Assembly (NCBI RefSeq): GCF_053078305.1
Contig: NZ_CP166879.1
Reading direction: 5' to 3' (one strand)
Length of the DNA stretch: 64,000 nucleotides
In this document: positions 10,163 through 20,539 of the stretch, one piece after another
Position numbering within the stretch: position 1 is the stretch's first letter
Layout: each line of letters begins with the position of its first letter
Translations under genes and position numbers: made by a program
Notes under the pieces: generated by a model
The model's input: only the letters and a program-made list of their open reading frames with translations
What the model was told of the DNA's origin: nothing
Databases searched by the model: none

Positions 10163-11524
10163 TTACTTCTCCAGTTGGCGTAATATCTTATTAACTTTAT
10201 CAAAAGTTTCCTGATATTCCGCTTCTTCCTGGCTATCGGCGACAATTCCACCGCCCGCAGAGCAGTATATTTGTCCGTTAATGGCAGTCAGCGTGCGGAT
10301 AGTAATGCTGGTATCCATGTTGCCGCAAAAGCTCAAATAGCCAATGCTGCCGCACCAGGCATTACGTCGCTGCGGTTCCAGTTCGTCGATAATTTCCATA
10401 GCCCGTACTTTCGGAGCCCCGGTTATTGAACCACCAGGAAAAGCCGCGCGCAGCAGATCGCTGGCGTGTAACTGTTCTGGTAGTTGCGCCGTTATGGTGC
10501 TGACCAGATGATGCACGGCAGGGAAGGGTTCCACCACGAACAGCTCTGGTACTTTTACCGAACCTGCTACGGCAACACGACCGATATCATTACGCATTAA
10601 ATCGACAATCATCAGATTTTCGGCACGATCTTTCGCTGAGTTCGCCAGTTTTTCCGCTTGTTTGCTATCTTCCTGAGGATCGGGCAGGCGTGGTAGCGTG
10701 CCTTTAATCGGGCGGGTCTGGATTTCACAATTATCACAAAGAATAAACCGCTCTGGCGAAAGGCTTAAAATTGCACCCTGTTCAAGACGTAAAAAAGCGC
10801 TAAATGGCGCGCGGTTGGCCTGATAAAGCTGAAGGAATGCCTGCCATTCATCGCCAGAATAGGTCGCATGAAAACGCTGGGCGAGATTCACCTGATAGCA
10901 ATCACCGCTGTGCAGATATTCCTGTACCTGGCGAAATTTTTCGCCGTACTGCTCGCGGGTCATATTGGATTGCCAGTCGGAAGTGAGCGTGAAATCTTCC
11001 TGCGGCGAGAATTGCTGGCTTTCCAGCCAGGCCCGACGGGCATTGACATCATTATGACTCAGCAAAGAAACTGTATGACGCTGGTGGTCGACAATGAGCG
11101 CCCAATCGTAGATACCCACTGCCATATCCGGCAGAACGATATCTTGTTCCGCAATTTCTGGCAGTGACTCAAAACGGCGGCCCAGATCGTAGCCAAACAA
11201 CCCCAGTGCGCCGCCCTGAAATGGCAAATCTTCGTTATGCGTTGGGCGAATGTCTGCGCGATCCAGCACCTGCTGGAGCACCTGTAGCGGGTCATCAGTG
11301 GTCGTTGTGCGTTTTTCGCTTTCACTAACAACGGTTTCTTTACCTAAAGTGGTTAAAGTGCAAATCGGATCGGCGACCACAATATCAAAGCGGCTATACG
11401 GATGATCGGCATAGCCGGAGTGTAAAAGCATCGCCCACGGCAGGTGGCTTAAGCGGGAGAAATAAAATTCAGCGGCGTCCTGACGCCAGGGTAAAGTAAT
11501 CACAGCGGGAGATAACGTCTTCAT
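10163..11524 (-). CDS. pabB: Aminodeoxychorismate synthase component I (PabB)
   Basis: 453-aa ORF, anthranilate/ADC synthase family sequence. Confidence 0.95.
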   Translation of the reverse strand: MKTLSPAVITLPWRQDAAEFYFSRLSHLPWAMLLHSGYADHPYSRFDIVVADPICTLTTLGKETVVSESEKRTTTTDDPLQVLQQVLDRADIRPTHNEDLPFQGGALGLFGYDLGRRFESLPEIAEQDIVLPDMAVGIYDWALIVDHQRHTVSLLSHNDVNARRAWLESQQFSPQEDFTLTSDWQSNMTREQYGEKFRQVQEYLHSGDCYQVNLAQRFHATYSGDEWQAFLQLYQANRAPFSAFLRLEQGAILSLSPERFILCDNCEIQTRPIKGTLPRLPDPQEDSKQAEKLANSAKDRAENLMIVDLMRNDIGRVAVAGSVKVPELFVVEPFPAVHHLVSTITAQLPEQLHASDLLRAAFPGGSITGAPKVRAMEIIDELEPQRRNAWCGSIGYLSFCGNMDTSITIRTLTAINGQIYCSAGGGIVADSQEEAEYQETFDKVNKILRQLEK

Positions 11525-11597
11525 CAGTCCTGACTCTACTGGCTATGTGCCGGGTAGCATGAAATAATTAGCGCCAACAATTTAGCAGGAGTTAACA

Positions 11598-11777
11598 ATG
11601 TTTGCAGGTTTACCTTCACTCACCCATGAACAGCAGCAAAAAGCTGTCGAGCGGATCCAGGAACTGATGGCACAAGGGATGAGCAGCGGCCAGGCAATCG
11701 CGCTGGTGGCAGAAGAGCTGCGTGCCAACCACTCCGGCGAGCGAATCGTGGCGCGTTTTGAGGATGAAGACGAGTAA
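11598..11777 (+). CDS. yoaH: UPF0181 small protein YoaH (59 aa)
   Basis: ATG 11598, stop TAA 11775-11777; below the ORF-track length cutoff; protein [59 protein letters not shown]. Confidence 0.8.
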
Positions 11778-11831
11778 CACACTAATCCGTATCGATTTCG
11801 TTATAGAAGCCGATGATTATTTGATTGTGAG

Positions 11832-11869
11832 AAAAAGGACGCTTTTTATATGTGATTAAAAGCGTCCTG
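11832..11869 (-). terminator. Hairpin terminator between convergent yoaH and yoaC
   Basis: 10-bp inverted repeat AGGACGCTTT / AAAGCGTCCT; on minus strand followed by T-run. Confidence 0.55.
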
Positions 11870-11896
11870 ACCCATTTATGCTGATATAAATTTAAC

Positions 11897-12196
11897 TCAG
11901 ACCAGTGCTTTTAGTTCTTCCTGCATATATGTTGAAAAGTACTCAGGATTTTTAATCACAGAGCGTTCACCTGTCTCCATTTTTTTTGCCCATCCAACCA
12001 TTTTTTCTGTGAACCCAGGGTTCCAGCCTTCCTGGTCAGCTCGCGCCGTAATATCAGCGGCACTCGCGGGTACTCCCAGTTCTTTTAAATATTTAAAGAT
12101 TCCCTTCGCCGTGCTTTCATTCATCGAACTTGGTGTTGGCGCTGATACATCCATGGCACCAATGAAATCCAGGGCTTTATCTATTACAGCAGGCAT
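11897..12196 (-). CDS. yoaC: DUF1889 protein YoaC (99 aa)
   Basis: Start chosen at internal ATG (AAGGA Shine-Dalgarno 8 nt upstream) rather than track start 12256, which lacks an SD. Confidence 0.75.
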   Translation of the reverse strand: MPAVIDKALDFIGAMDVSAPTPSSMNESTAKGIFKYLKELGVPASAADITARADQEGWNPGFTEKMVGWAKKMETGERSVIKNPEYFSTYMQEELKALV

Positions 12197-12617
12197 ATTC
12201 TTATCCTTAAAATTAACCATGTTATCGATAAGGCTATATATGACCTTAATTTGCATCTAATATCAAAGGGATTATAACGATATGGCACGACTTAACCTGT
12301 TGACATTCAGGTGTTTTAAAGGTAGCAGCTCATGGTGTGTTATCCAGTAAGATGGAGAAAATTAACGGTCAGTCCGCACGCTATAACCAGATTGTTCAGC
12401 TAAGAAAAAAAACCAGAGTTGCTAATCAAAGGGCGAACACAACGGCATGGTTATGTTTATTTATATAGTTAGTTTTATAGATAAAATTGAAATTATAAAA
12501 ATAAATAATGAATTAGCAGAAGCATCAACAGTAATATCTTATTCTCTGGTCGATTTATGTAAAACCGACCAGTATTATCGATAAATTATCGTCTGACTTA
12601 TTTTGCTTCGATAAAGC

Positions 12618-12962
12618 TTACACCGCAGCCACAATCTTAATTTCAACTTTATACTTCGGGTTCATCAAACCCGCTTGTACCGTGCAGCGCACCGGCGCAT
12701 GACCCGCGACAACCCAGGCATCCCACGCTTTATTCATCGCCGCGAAGTCGTTTTTATCGGCCAGGAAAATGGTGGCATCCAGAATACTCGATTTATTGCT
12801 GCCCTGTTTTTCCAGCACGGCGTCAATCTGCGCCAGCGTGTTGGCGGTTTGCTCAAAGGCATCGGCGTCGAGGTTTTCCGGTACACCAGTGTAGTAGAGC
12901 GTGTTGTTGTGGATTACTACATCAGACCAGCGGGCTTCAGCATCGATACGAACGATAGTCAT
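12618..12962 (-). CDS. yoaB: RidA/YjgF-family protein YoaB (114 aa)
   Basis: Start at second ATG of an ATG-ATG pair (GAGGA Shine-Dalgarno); track ORF has 16 extra N-terminal codons. Confidence 0.85.
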   Translation of the reverse strand: MTIVRIDAEARWSDVVIHNNTLYYTGVPENLDADAFEQTANTLAQIDAVLEKQGSNKSSILDATIFLADKNDFAAMNKAWDAWVVAGHAPVRCTVQAGLMNPKYKVEIKIVAAV

Positions 12963-13093
12963 CATTTTGTCCTCATTATCCTTCCATTTTCGTGCTGCAA
13001 AGACTGCCACAATGTGAGGTCGCCGTCACCACTTCAACTGGCGAAAGCGCCCTCATCCTGACATAATCCCTGTTCAAATCAACAGGGGGTAGT

Positions 13094-15004
13094 GTGACGG
13101 ACGATTTTGCACCAGACGGTCAGCTGGCGAAAGCGATACCAGGCTTTAAGCCGCGAGAACCACAGCGACAGATGGCGGTAGCCGTCACCCAGGCGATAGA
13201 AAAAGGCCAGCCGCTGGTGGTGGAAGCAGGAACCGGTACGGGCAAAACCTACGCTTACCTGGCTCCTGCGCTGCGGGCGAAAAAGAAAGTCATTATCTCG
13301 ACCGGCTCAAAAGCGTTGCAGGATCAGCTCTATAGCCGCGATTTGCCGACGGTCTCAAAGGCGTTGAAATACACGGGCAACGTGGCGTTGCTGAAAGGGC
13401 GCTCAAACTACCTCTGCCTCGAACGTCTCGAACAGCAGGCGCTGGCGGGGGGCGATCTTCCGGTACAAATATTAAGCGATGTGATCCTGCTGCGCTCCTG
13501 GTCTAATCAAACAGTCGATGGTGATATCAGCACCTGCGTCAGCGTGGCGGAAGATTCGCAGGCGTGGCCGCTGGTCACCAGCACCAACGACAACTGTCTT
13601 GGCAGCGACTGCCCGATGTATAAAGATTGCTTTGTGGTCAAAGCACGTAAAAAAGCGATGGACGCCGATGTGGTGGTGGTAAACCATCATCTCTTTCTGG
13701 CGGATATGGTGGTTAAAGAGAGTGGATTTGGCGAGTTGATCCCGGAAGCGGACGTCATGATCTTCGACGAAGCCCACCAGCTACCGGACATTGCCAGCCA
13801 GTATTTTGGTCAGTCACTCTCCAGTCGACAACTGCTCGACCTGGCAAAAGACATCACCATCGCCTACCGCACCGAATTAAAAGACACTCAGCAGTTACAA
13901 AAGTGCGCTGATCGTCTTGCCCAGAGTGCGCAGGATTTTCGTCTGCAACTCGGTGAGCCAGGTTATCGCGGTAACCTGCGTGAGCTGTTAGCTAATCCGC
14001 AAATTCAGCGGGCATTTTTACTGCTCGATGACACCCTGGAACTTTGTTATGACGTGGCGAAACTGTCACTGGGGCGTTCCGCCTTGCTGGATGCGGCATT
14101 TGAGCGCGCCACGTTGTATCGCACACGGCTGAAGCGGCTAAAAGAGATCAATCAGCCGGGCTACAGCTACTGGTACGAATGCACTTCGCGCCATTTTACT
14201 CTGGCTCTCACGCCGCTCAGCGTGGCGGATAAATTCAAAGAGTTAATGGCGCAAAAGCCCGGTAGCTGGATCTTCACCTCAGCAACGCTGTCGGTGAACG
14301 ACGATCTGCATCATTTCACCTCGCGGCTTGGGATAGAACAGGCGGAGTCGTTGCTATTGCCAAGCCCGTTTGATTACAGCCGCCAGGCGTTACTCTGTGT
14401 GCCGCGCAACCTGCCGCAAACCAATCAACCGGGTTCCGCGCGGCAACTGGCGGCTATGCTGCGCCCGATCATCGAAGCTAACAACGGTCGCTGTTTTATG
14501 CTTTGTACCTCGCACGCCATGATGCGCGATCTGGCCGAGCAGTTCCGCGCTACCATGACGCTTCCCGTATTATTGCAGGGGGAAACCAGCAAAGGGCAAC
14601 TGTTGCAGCAATTTGTCAGTGCCGGTAACGCGCTTCTTGTGGCAACCAGTAGTTTCTGGGAGGGGGTGGACGTGCGTGGCGATACATTGTCATTGGTGAT
14701 TATCGACAAATTGCCGTTTACCTCGCCTGATGATCCATTGTTAAAAGCGCGCATGGAAGATTGCCGTTTGCGCGGTGGCGACCCGTTCGATGAAGTACAA
14801 CTGCCGGATGCGGTGATTACTCTCAAGCAGGGAGTCGGGCGACTGATTCGCGACGCCGACGATCGCGGGGTTTTGGTAATTTGTGACAATCGGCTGGTGA
14901 TGCGTCCTTACGGCGCGACGTTTCTCGCCAGTCTGCCGCCCGCGCCACGCACCCGTGACATTGCCCGTGCGGTTCGTTTCCTTGCGATACCATCCTCCAG
15001 GTAA
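13094..15004 (+). CDS. yoaA: DinG-family ATP-dependent DNA helicase YoaA
   Basis: 636 aa, GTG start; Walker A AGTGTGKT, DEAH box, four-Cys Fe-S cluster (CLERL, CVSV, CLGSDCPMYKDC). Confidence 0.92.
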   Translation: MTDDFAPDGQLAKAIPGFKPREPQRQMAVAVTQAIEKGQPLVVEAGTGTGKTYAYLAPALRAKKKVIISTGSKALQDQLYSRDLPTVSKALKYTGNVALLKGRSNYLCLERLEQQALAGGDLPVQILSDVILLRSWSNQTVDGDISTCVSVAEDSQAWPLVTSTNDNCLGSDCPMYKDCFVVKARKKAMDADVVVVNHHLFLADMVVKESGFGELIPEADVMIFDEAHQLPDIASQYFGQSLSSRQLLDLAKDITIAYRTELKDTQQLQKCADRLAQSAQDFRLQLGEPGYRGNLRELLANPQIQRAFLLLDDTLELCYDVAKLSLGRSALLDAAFERATLYRTRLKRLKEINQPGYSYWYECTSRHFTLALTPLSVADKFKELMAQKPGSWIFTSATLSVNDDLHHFTSRLGIEQAESLLLPSPFDYSRQALLCVPRNLPQTNQPGSARQLAAMLRPIIEANNGRCFMLCTSHAMMRDLAEQFRATMTLPVLLQGETSKGQLLQQFVSAGNALLVATSSFWEGVDVRGDTLSLVIIDKLPFTSPDDPLLKARMEDCRLRGGDPFDEVQLPDAVITLKQGVGRLIRDADDRGVLVICDNRLVMRPYGATFLASLPPAPRTRDIARAVRFLAIPSSR

Positions 15005-15061
15005 TTTGTTACGGAGTATGGTATGATGCGCGCCTTTTTATTGATCTAAGCACGAAGACCC

Positions 15062-15757
15062 ATGCGAATTCTGGCTATCGATACCGCGACAGAGGCCTGC
15101 TCTGTCGCCCTGTGGAACGACGGTACTGTCAACGCTCATTTTGAGCTTTGCCCTCGTGAACATACTCAACGAATCTTACCGATGGTGCAGGATATCCTGA
15201 CCACCAGCGGAACTTCCCTGACTGATATTAACGCTCTGGCTTACGGGCGCGGCCCCGGTAGCTTTACCGGCGTGCGCATTGGTATTGGCATCGCGCAAGG
15301 GCTGGCGCTTGGCGCGGAATTACCGATGATTGGCGTCTCCACGCTAATGACGATGGCGCAAGGGGCGTGGCGCAAAAACAGCGCAACACGCGTGCTGTCA
15401 GCCATTGACGCGCGAATGGGCGAAGTTTACTGGGCCGAATATCAGCGTGATGAAAACGGTATCTGGCACGGTGAAGAAACCGAAGCCGTACTCAAACCCG
15501 AACTCGTTCATGAACGAATGCAACAGCTTTCCGGGGAATGGGTGACGGTAGGTACAGGCTGGCAAGCCTGGCCGGATCTCGGTAAAGAGAGCGGGCTGGT
15601 TTTGCGCGATGGCGAAGTGTTACTCCCCGCTGCAGAAGATATGCTGCCGATTGCTTGTCAGATGTTTGCCGAGGGTAAAACGGTGGCGGTGGAACATGCC
15701 GAACCGGTTTATTTACGTAACAACGTCGCATGGAAGAAACTTCCGGGCAAAGAATGA
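15062..15757 (+). CDS. tsaB: tRNA threonylcarbamoyladenosine biosynthesis protein TsaB
   Basis: 231-aa ORF, YeaZ/TsaB sequence. Confidence 0.93.
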   Translation: MRILAIDTATEACSVALWNDGTVNAHFELCPREHTQRILPMVQDILTTSGTSLTDINALAYGRGPGSFTGVRIGIGIAQGLALGAELPMIGVSTLMTMAQGAWRKNSATRVLSAIDARMGEVYWAEYQRDENGIWHGEETEAVLKPELVHERMQQLSGEWVTVGTGWQAWPDLGKESGLVLRDGEVLLPAAEDMLPIACQMFAEGKTVAVEHAEPVYLRNNVAWKKLPGKE

Positions 15758-15796
15758 ATCTTAAGAGTATGCCCTGAGAAAAAAAGGAGTCGCATC

Positions 15797-16378
15797 ATGG
15801 CGGTTCAAAAGAATGTTATCAAAGGCATACTGGCAGGTACGTTTGCGCTAATGCTGAGCGGTTGTGTCACTGTGCCGGACGCCATTAAAGGCAGTAGTCC
15901 CACGCCGCAACAAGATTTAGTTCGGGTGATGAGTGCGCCGCAGCTGTACGTTGGTCAGGAGGCACGCTTTGGTGGCAAAGTGGTTGCGGTACAAAACCAG
16001 CAAGGGAAAACCCGCCTGGAAATTGCTACCGTACCGCTGGACAGCGGAGCCAGACCGACGCTGGGAGAACCTTCTCGCGGTCGCATTTATGCCGATGTGA
16101 ACGGTTTTCTGGACCCGGTGGATTTCCGTGGACAACTGGTTACGGTAGTCGGGCCAATCACTGGTGCGGTTGACGGAAAAATCGGCAACACGCCCTATAA
16201 ATTTATGGTGATGCAAGTAACGGGTTACAAACGTTGGCATTTAACCCAGCAGGTGATTATGCCGCCTCAGCCGATTGATCCATGGTTTTATGGCGGTCGT
16301 GGCTGGCCCTATGGCTACGGCGGATGGGGCTGGTATAATCCCGGCCCCGCGAGAGTACAAACAGTTGTAACTGAATAA
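15797..16378 (+). CDS. yeaY: Slp-family outer-membrane lipoprotein YeaY
   Basis: 193-aa ORF, signal peptide with lipobox LSGC. Confidence 0.9.
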
Positions 16379-16398
16379 TTGCTTGTTTTTAAAGAAAA

Positions 16399-16430
16399 AG
16401 AAACAGCGGCTGGTCCGCTGTTTCTGCATT
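16399..16430 (+). terminator. Hairpin downstream of yeaY, overlapping the distal FadR box of fadD
   Basis: AAACAGCGG-CTGGT-CCGCTGTTT inverted repeat followed by CTGCATTCTT. Confidence 0.55.
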
Positions 16431-16510
16431 CTTACGGTAAAGATAAAAATAAATAGTGACGCGCTTCGCAACCTTTTCGTTGGGTAATTATCAAGCTGGT
16501 ATGATGAGTT
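16405..16510 (+). promoter_or_regulatory. fadD promoter region with two candidate FadR operators
   Basis: CTGGTC-containing boxes GGCTGGTCCGCTGTTTC (about 16405-16424) and ATCAAGCTGGTATGATGAGTT (16490-16510). Confidence 0.6.
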
Positions 16511-16582
16511 AATATTATGTTAACGGCATGTATATCATTTGGGGTTGCGATGACGACGAACACGCATTTTAGAGGTGAAGAA

Positions 16583-18268
16583 TTGAAGAAGGTTTGGCTT
16601 AACCGTTATCCCGCGGACGTTCCGACGGAGATCAACCCTGACCGTTATCAATCTCTGGTAGATATGTTTGAGCAGTCGGTCGCGCGCTACGCCGATCAGC
16701 CTGCGTTTGTGAATATGGGGGAGGTAATGACCTTCCGCAAGCTGGAAGAACGCAGTCGCGCGTTTGCCGCTTATTTGCAACAAGGGTTGGGGCTGAAGAA
16801 AGGCGATCGCGTTGCGTTGATGATGCCTAATTTATTGCAATATCCGGTGGCGCTGTTTGGCATTTTGCGTGCCGGGATGATCGTCGTAAACGTTAACCCG
16901 TTGTATACCCCGCGTGAGCTTGAGCATCAGCTTAACGATAGCGGCGCATCGGCGATTGTTATCGTGTCTAACTTTGCTCACACACTGGAAAAAGTGGTTG
17001 ATAAAACCGCCGTTCAGCACGTAATTCTGACCCGTATGGGCGATCAGCTATCTACGGCAAAAGGCACGGTAGTCAATTTCGTTGTTAAATACATCAAGCG
17101 TTTGGTGCCGAAATACCATCTGCCAGATGCCATTTCATTTCGTAGCGCACTGCATAACGGCTACCGGATGCAGTACGTCAAACCCGAACTGGTGCCGGAA
17201 GATTTAGCCTTCCTGCAATACACCGGCGGCACCACAGGTGTGGCGAAAGGCGCGATGCTGACTCACCGCAATATGCTGGCGAACCTGGAACAGGTCAACG
17301 CCACCTATGGGCCGTTGCTGCATCCAGGTAAAGAACTGGTAGTAACGGCACTGCCGCTGTATCACATTTTTGCCCTGACCATTAACTGCCTGCTGTTTAT
17401 CGAACTGGGTGGGCAGAACCTGCTTATCACTAACCCGCGTGATATTCCAGGGTTGGTAAAAGAGTTAGCGAAATATCCGTTTACCGCTATCACTGGCGTT
17501 AACACCTTGTTCAATGCGTTGCTGAACAATAAAGAGTTCCAGCAGCTGGATTTCTCCAGTCTGCATCTTTCCGCAGGCGGTGGGATGCCAGTGCAGCAAG
17601 TGGTGGCAGAGCGTTGGGTGAAACTGACAGGACAGTATCTGCTGGAAGGCTATGGCCTTACCGAGTGTGCGCCGCTGGTCAGCGTTAACCCATATGATAT
17701 TGATTATCATAGTGGTAGCATCGGTTTGCCGGTGCCGTCGACGGAAGCCAAACTGGTGGATGATGATGATAATGAAGTACCACCGGGTCAACCGGGTGAG
17801 CTTTGTGTCAAAGGACCGCAGGTGATGCTGGGTTACTGGCAGCGTCCGGATGCTACCGATGAGATCATCAAAAATGGCTGGTTACACACCGGCGACATCG
17901 CGGTGATGGATGAAGAAGGGTTCCTGCGCATTGTCGATCGTAAAAAAGACATGATTCTGGTTTCCGGTTTTAACGTCTATCCAAACGAGATTGAAGATGT
18001 CGTCATGCAGCATCCTGGCGTACAGGAAGTCGCGGCTGTTGGCGTACCTTCCGGCTCCAGTGGTGAAGCGGTAAAAATCTTTGTAGTGAAAAAAGATCCA
18101 TCGCTTACCGAAGAGTCACTGGTGACTTTTTGCCGCCGTCAGCTCACGGGCTACAAAGTACCGAAGCTGGTGGAGTTTCGTGATGAGTTACCGAAATCTA
18201 ACGTCGGAAAAATTTTGCGACGAGAATTACGTGACGAAGCGCGCGGCAAAGTGGACAATAAAGCCTGA
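16583..18268 (+). CDS. fadD: Long-chain-fatty-acid--CoA ligase FadD
   Basis: 561 aa from TTG at 16583 preceded by AGAGGTGAAG; track ORF starts 22 codons upstream. Confidence 0.92.
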
Positions 18269-18286
18269 GCGTTAAGTCAGTCGTCA

Positions 18287-18313
18287 GACGCCGGTTAATC
18301 CGGCGTTTTTTTT
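18287..18313 (+). terminator. Intrinsic terminator downstream of fadD
   Basis: ACGCCGG-TTAAT-CCGGCGT hairpin followed by T8. Confidence 0.85.
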
Positions 18314-18337
18314 GACGCCCACTAAAGAGAATACAAT

Positions 18338-19465
18338 TTGAATTACCAAATGATTACCACGGACGATGCGCTGGCTTCTTTGTGTGAAGCCGTCCGTGCC
18401 TTTCCGGCGATAGCCCTGGATACTGAATTTGTTCGTACGCGCACTTATTACCCGCAGCTGGGGTTGATTCAACTTTTCGATGGCGAGCATCTGGCGCTAA
18501 TTGATCCTCTCGGGATCACCGACTGGTCACCGCTGAAAGCGATCCTGCGCGATCCGTCTATCACAAAATTTCTCCATGCAGGCAGTGAAGATCTGGAAGT
18601 GTTCCTCAATGTCTTTGGCGAATTACCACAACCCCTGATTGACACGCAAATCCTTGCTGCCTTCTGCGGACGCCCGATGTCATGGGGTTTCGCTTCCATG
18701 GTGGAAGAGTATTCCGGCGTTACGCTGGACAAGAGTGAATCGCGCACCGACTGGCTGGCCAGACCGCTGACCGAACGTCAGTGTGAATATGCAGCGGCGG
18801 ATGTCTGGTATCTGTTACCGATCACCGCCAAGCTTATGATAGAAACGGAGGCCTCCGGCTGGCTACCAGCGGCGCTGGATGAATGCCGCCTGATGCAAAT
18901 GCGTCGTCAGGAAGTCGTTGCGCCGGAAGATGCCTGGCGTGATATCACCAATGCCTGGCAATTACGCACACGCCAACTGGCCTGTCTGCAACTGTTAGCC
19001 GACTGGCGACTGCGCAAGGCGCGTGAGCGCGATCTGGCGGTGAACTTTGTCGTGCGTGAAGAGCATTTGTGGTCGGTAGCGCGTTATATGCCGGGAAGTT
19101 TAGGCGAACTGGACAGCCTGGGTTTATCCGGTAGCGAAATCCGCTTTCACGGTAAAACGCTGCTGGCGCTGGTGGAAAAAGCGCAGACATTGCCGGAAGA
19201 GGCCTTACCGCAGCCGATGCTTAACCTGATGGACATGCCGGGTTATCGTAAAGCGTTTAAAGCGATTAAGTCGCTGATTACTGACGTGAGCGAAACGCAC
19301 AAGATCAGCGCCGAATTGCTGGCATCGCGTCGGCAAATCAACCAACTGCTGAACTGGCACTGGAAACTGAAACCGCAGAACAATTTGCCGGAGCTGATTT
19401 CCGGCTGGCGTGGTGAGCTGATGGCGGAAGCATTACACAATTTATTGCAGGAATATCCGCAGTAA
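18338..19465 (+). CDS. rnd: Ribonuclease D
   Basis: 375-aa ORF with TTG start, DEDD exonuclease plus HRDC sequence. Confidence 0.93.
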   Translation: MNYQMITTDDALASLCEAVRAFPAIALDTEFVRTRTYYPQLGLIQLFDGEHLALIDPLGITDWSPLKAILRDPSITKFLHAGSEDLEVFLNVFGELPQPLIDTQILAAFCGRPMSWGFASMVEEYSGVTLDKSESRTDWLARPLTERQCEYAAADVWYLLPITAKLMIETEASGWLPAALDECRLMQMRRQEVVAPEDAWRDITNAWQLRTRQLACLQLLADWRLRKARERDLAVNFVVREEHLWSVARYMPGSLGELDSLGLSGSEIRFHGKTLLALVEKAQTLPEEALPQPMLNLMDMPGYRKAFKAIKSLITDVSETHKISAELLASRRQINQLLNWHWKLKPQNNLPELISGWRGELMAEALHNLLQEYPQ

Positions 19466-19471
19466 AATCTT

Positions 19472-19514
19472 CCGAAGCCGGACTGGGCGCGCTCAGCGCC
19501 ACATCCGGCTTCGG
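19472..19514. terminator. Inverted repeat between convergent rnd and yeaX (probable bidirectional terminator)
   Basis: CCGAAGCCGGA ... TCCGGCTTCGG arms flanking an internal GGCGCGCTCAGCGCC palindrome. Confidence 0.5.
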
Positions 19515-19518
19515 CAAA

Positions 19519-20484
19519 CTACAAATCCAACACCAGGCGTTTACCCTTCGCACGCGAACAACAGATCAACATACTTTGCTGGCTGGCACGCTCTTCATCG
19601 CTAAAATACTGATCCCGATGGTCAGCTTCACCTTCCAGTATTGCCGTTTCGCAGGTTCCGCATACCCCTTCACGACATAAACATTCCACTTTCGCGGCTT
19701 TATTATTTTCAATAACCTGCAAAATAGTCATCTCTTCCGGCACCACAAACTCTTTTCCGGAACGGGCAAGCACCAGGGTAAATGCATCGCCGGTTTTGTC
19801 TTCGATAGCAAATTGCTCAAAGTGCAGCGTATCGGCGGCGATGTCCAGACGCGCAGCTTCACTTCTTACCGCTTCAATTAGCGCCTCGGGGCCACAGGTA
19901 TAAACGTGTGTGCCAGGTTCGATATCCGCCAATAATCGCGCTAATTCCAGTCGTGTTCCGGTTGATGAATGATGCAAATGGACTTTCTCAGCCTGCGGAT
20001 GCTGGACTAGCTCATCACGAAATGCGCAACTTTCTGGATTTCGCGAGCAGTAATGTAGCTGCCAGTCGACGTTGCTGTGTTGCAACTCTGCCATGTGCGA
20101 CAGGAAAGGGGTGATACCAATACCGCCCGCGATAAACAGATGCTTTCTGGCTGAGGGAATTAGCGCAAACAGGTTATTAGGCGTTGAGATCGTTAACCGA
20201 TCGCCCACTTTTACCTGCTGATGCAAAAAGCGGGAACCGCCGCGCGAGTTTTCTTCCAGTCGAACGGCAATCTGATAACTAGAGGTGTTATGCGGTGAAC
20301 TCAGTAGTGAATACGCATTGCTGTACTGGTTATCACCATCGCTCATCTGCACTATGATGTGACTTCCTCCGGTGAACGCAGGCAGCGGTTTGCCATCGGT
20401 TGCCACCAGCGTGAAGCGTTTCACCTGTTCGGTAAGCGGTTCCACCTGACTCACCTGTACTTCAAACATTTGATAGTCTGACAT
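19519..20484 (-). CDS. yeaX: Carnitine monooxygenase reductase subunit (FNR-like flavoprotein with 2Fe-2S ferredoxin domain)
   Basis: 321-aa ORF; C-terminal CREGVCGTC ferredoxin cysteine motif. Confidence 0.9.
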   Translation of the reverse strand: MSDYQMFEVQVSQVEPLTEQVKRFTLVATDGKPLPAFTGGSHIIVQMSDGDNQYSNAYSLLSSPHNTSSYQIAVRLEENSRGGSRFLHQQVKVGDRLTISTPNNLFALIPSARKHLFIAGGIGITPFLSHMAELQHSNVDWQLHYCSRNPESCAFRDELVQHPQAEKVHLHHSSTGTRLELARLLADIEPGTHVYTCGPEALIEAVRSEAARLDIAADTLHFEQFAIEDKTGDAFTLVLARSGKEFVVPEEMTILQVIENNKAAKVECLCREGVCGTCETAILEGEADHRDQYFSDEERASQQSMLICCSRAKGKRLVLDL

Positions 20485-20539
20485 TGCTGTACTCCATCAA
20501 AAATCAGCCCGGCGGCGGAAAATACCGCCGCCGATGTCA

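Noticed and set aside
12241-12480. Short plus-strand ORFs (22 and 38 codons) in the yoaC-yoaB spacer
   Set aside because: No Shine-Dalgarno sequences and no recognisable protein features.
16517-16582. 22 extra N-terminal codons on the fadD ORF
   Set aside because: The TTG at 16583 is preceded by a good Shine-Dalgarno and gives the expected acyl-CoA synthetase N-terminus; the upstream ATG overlaps the FadR-box promoter region.
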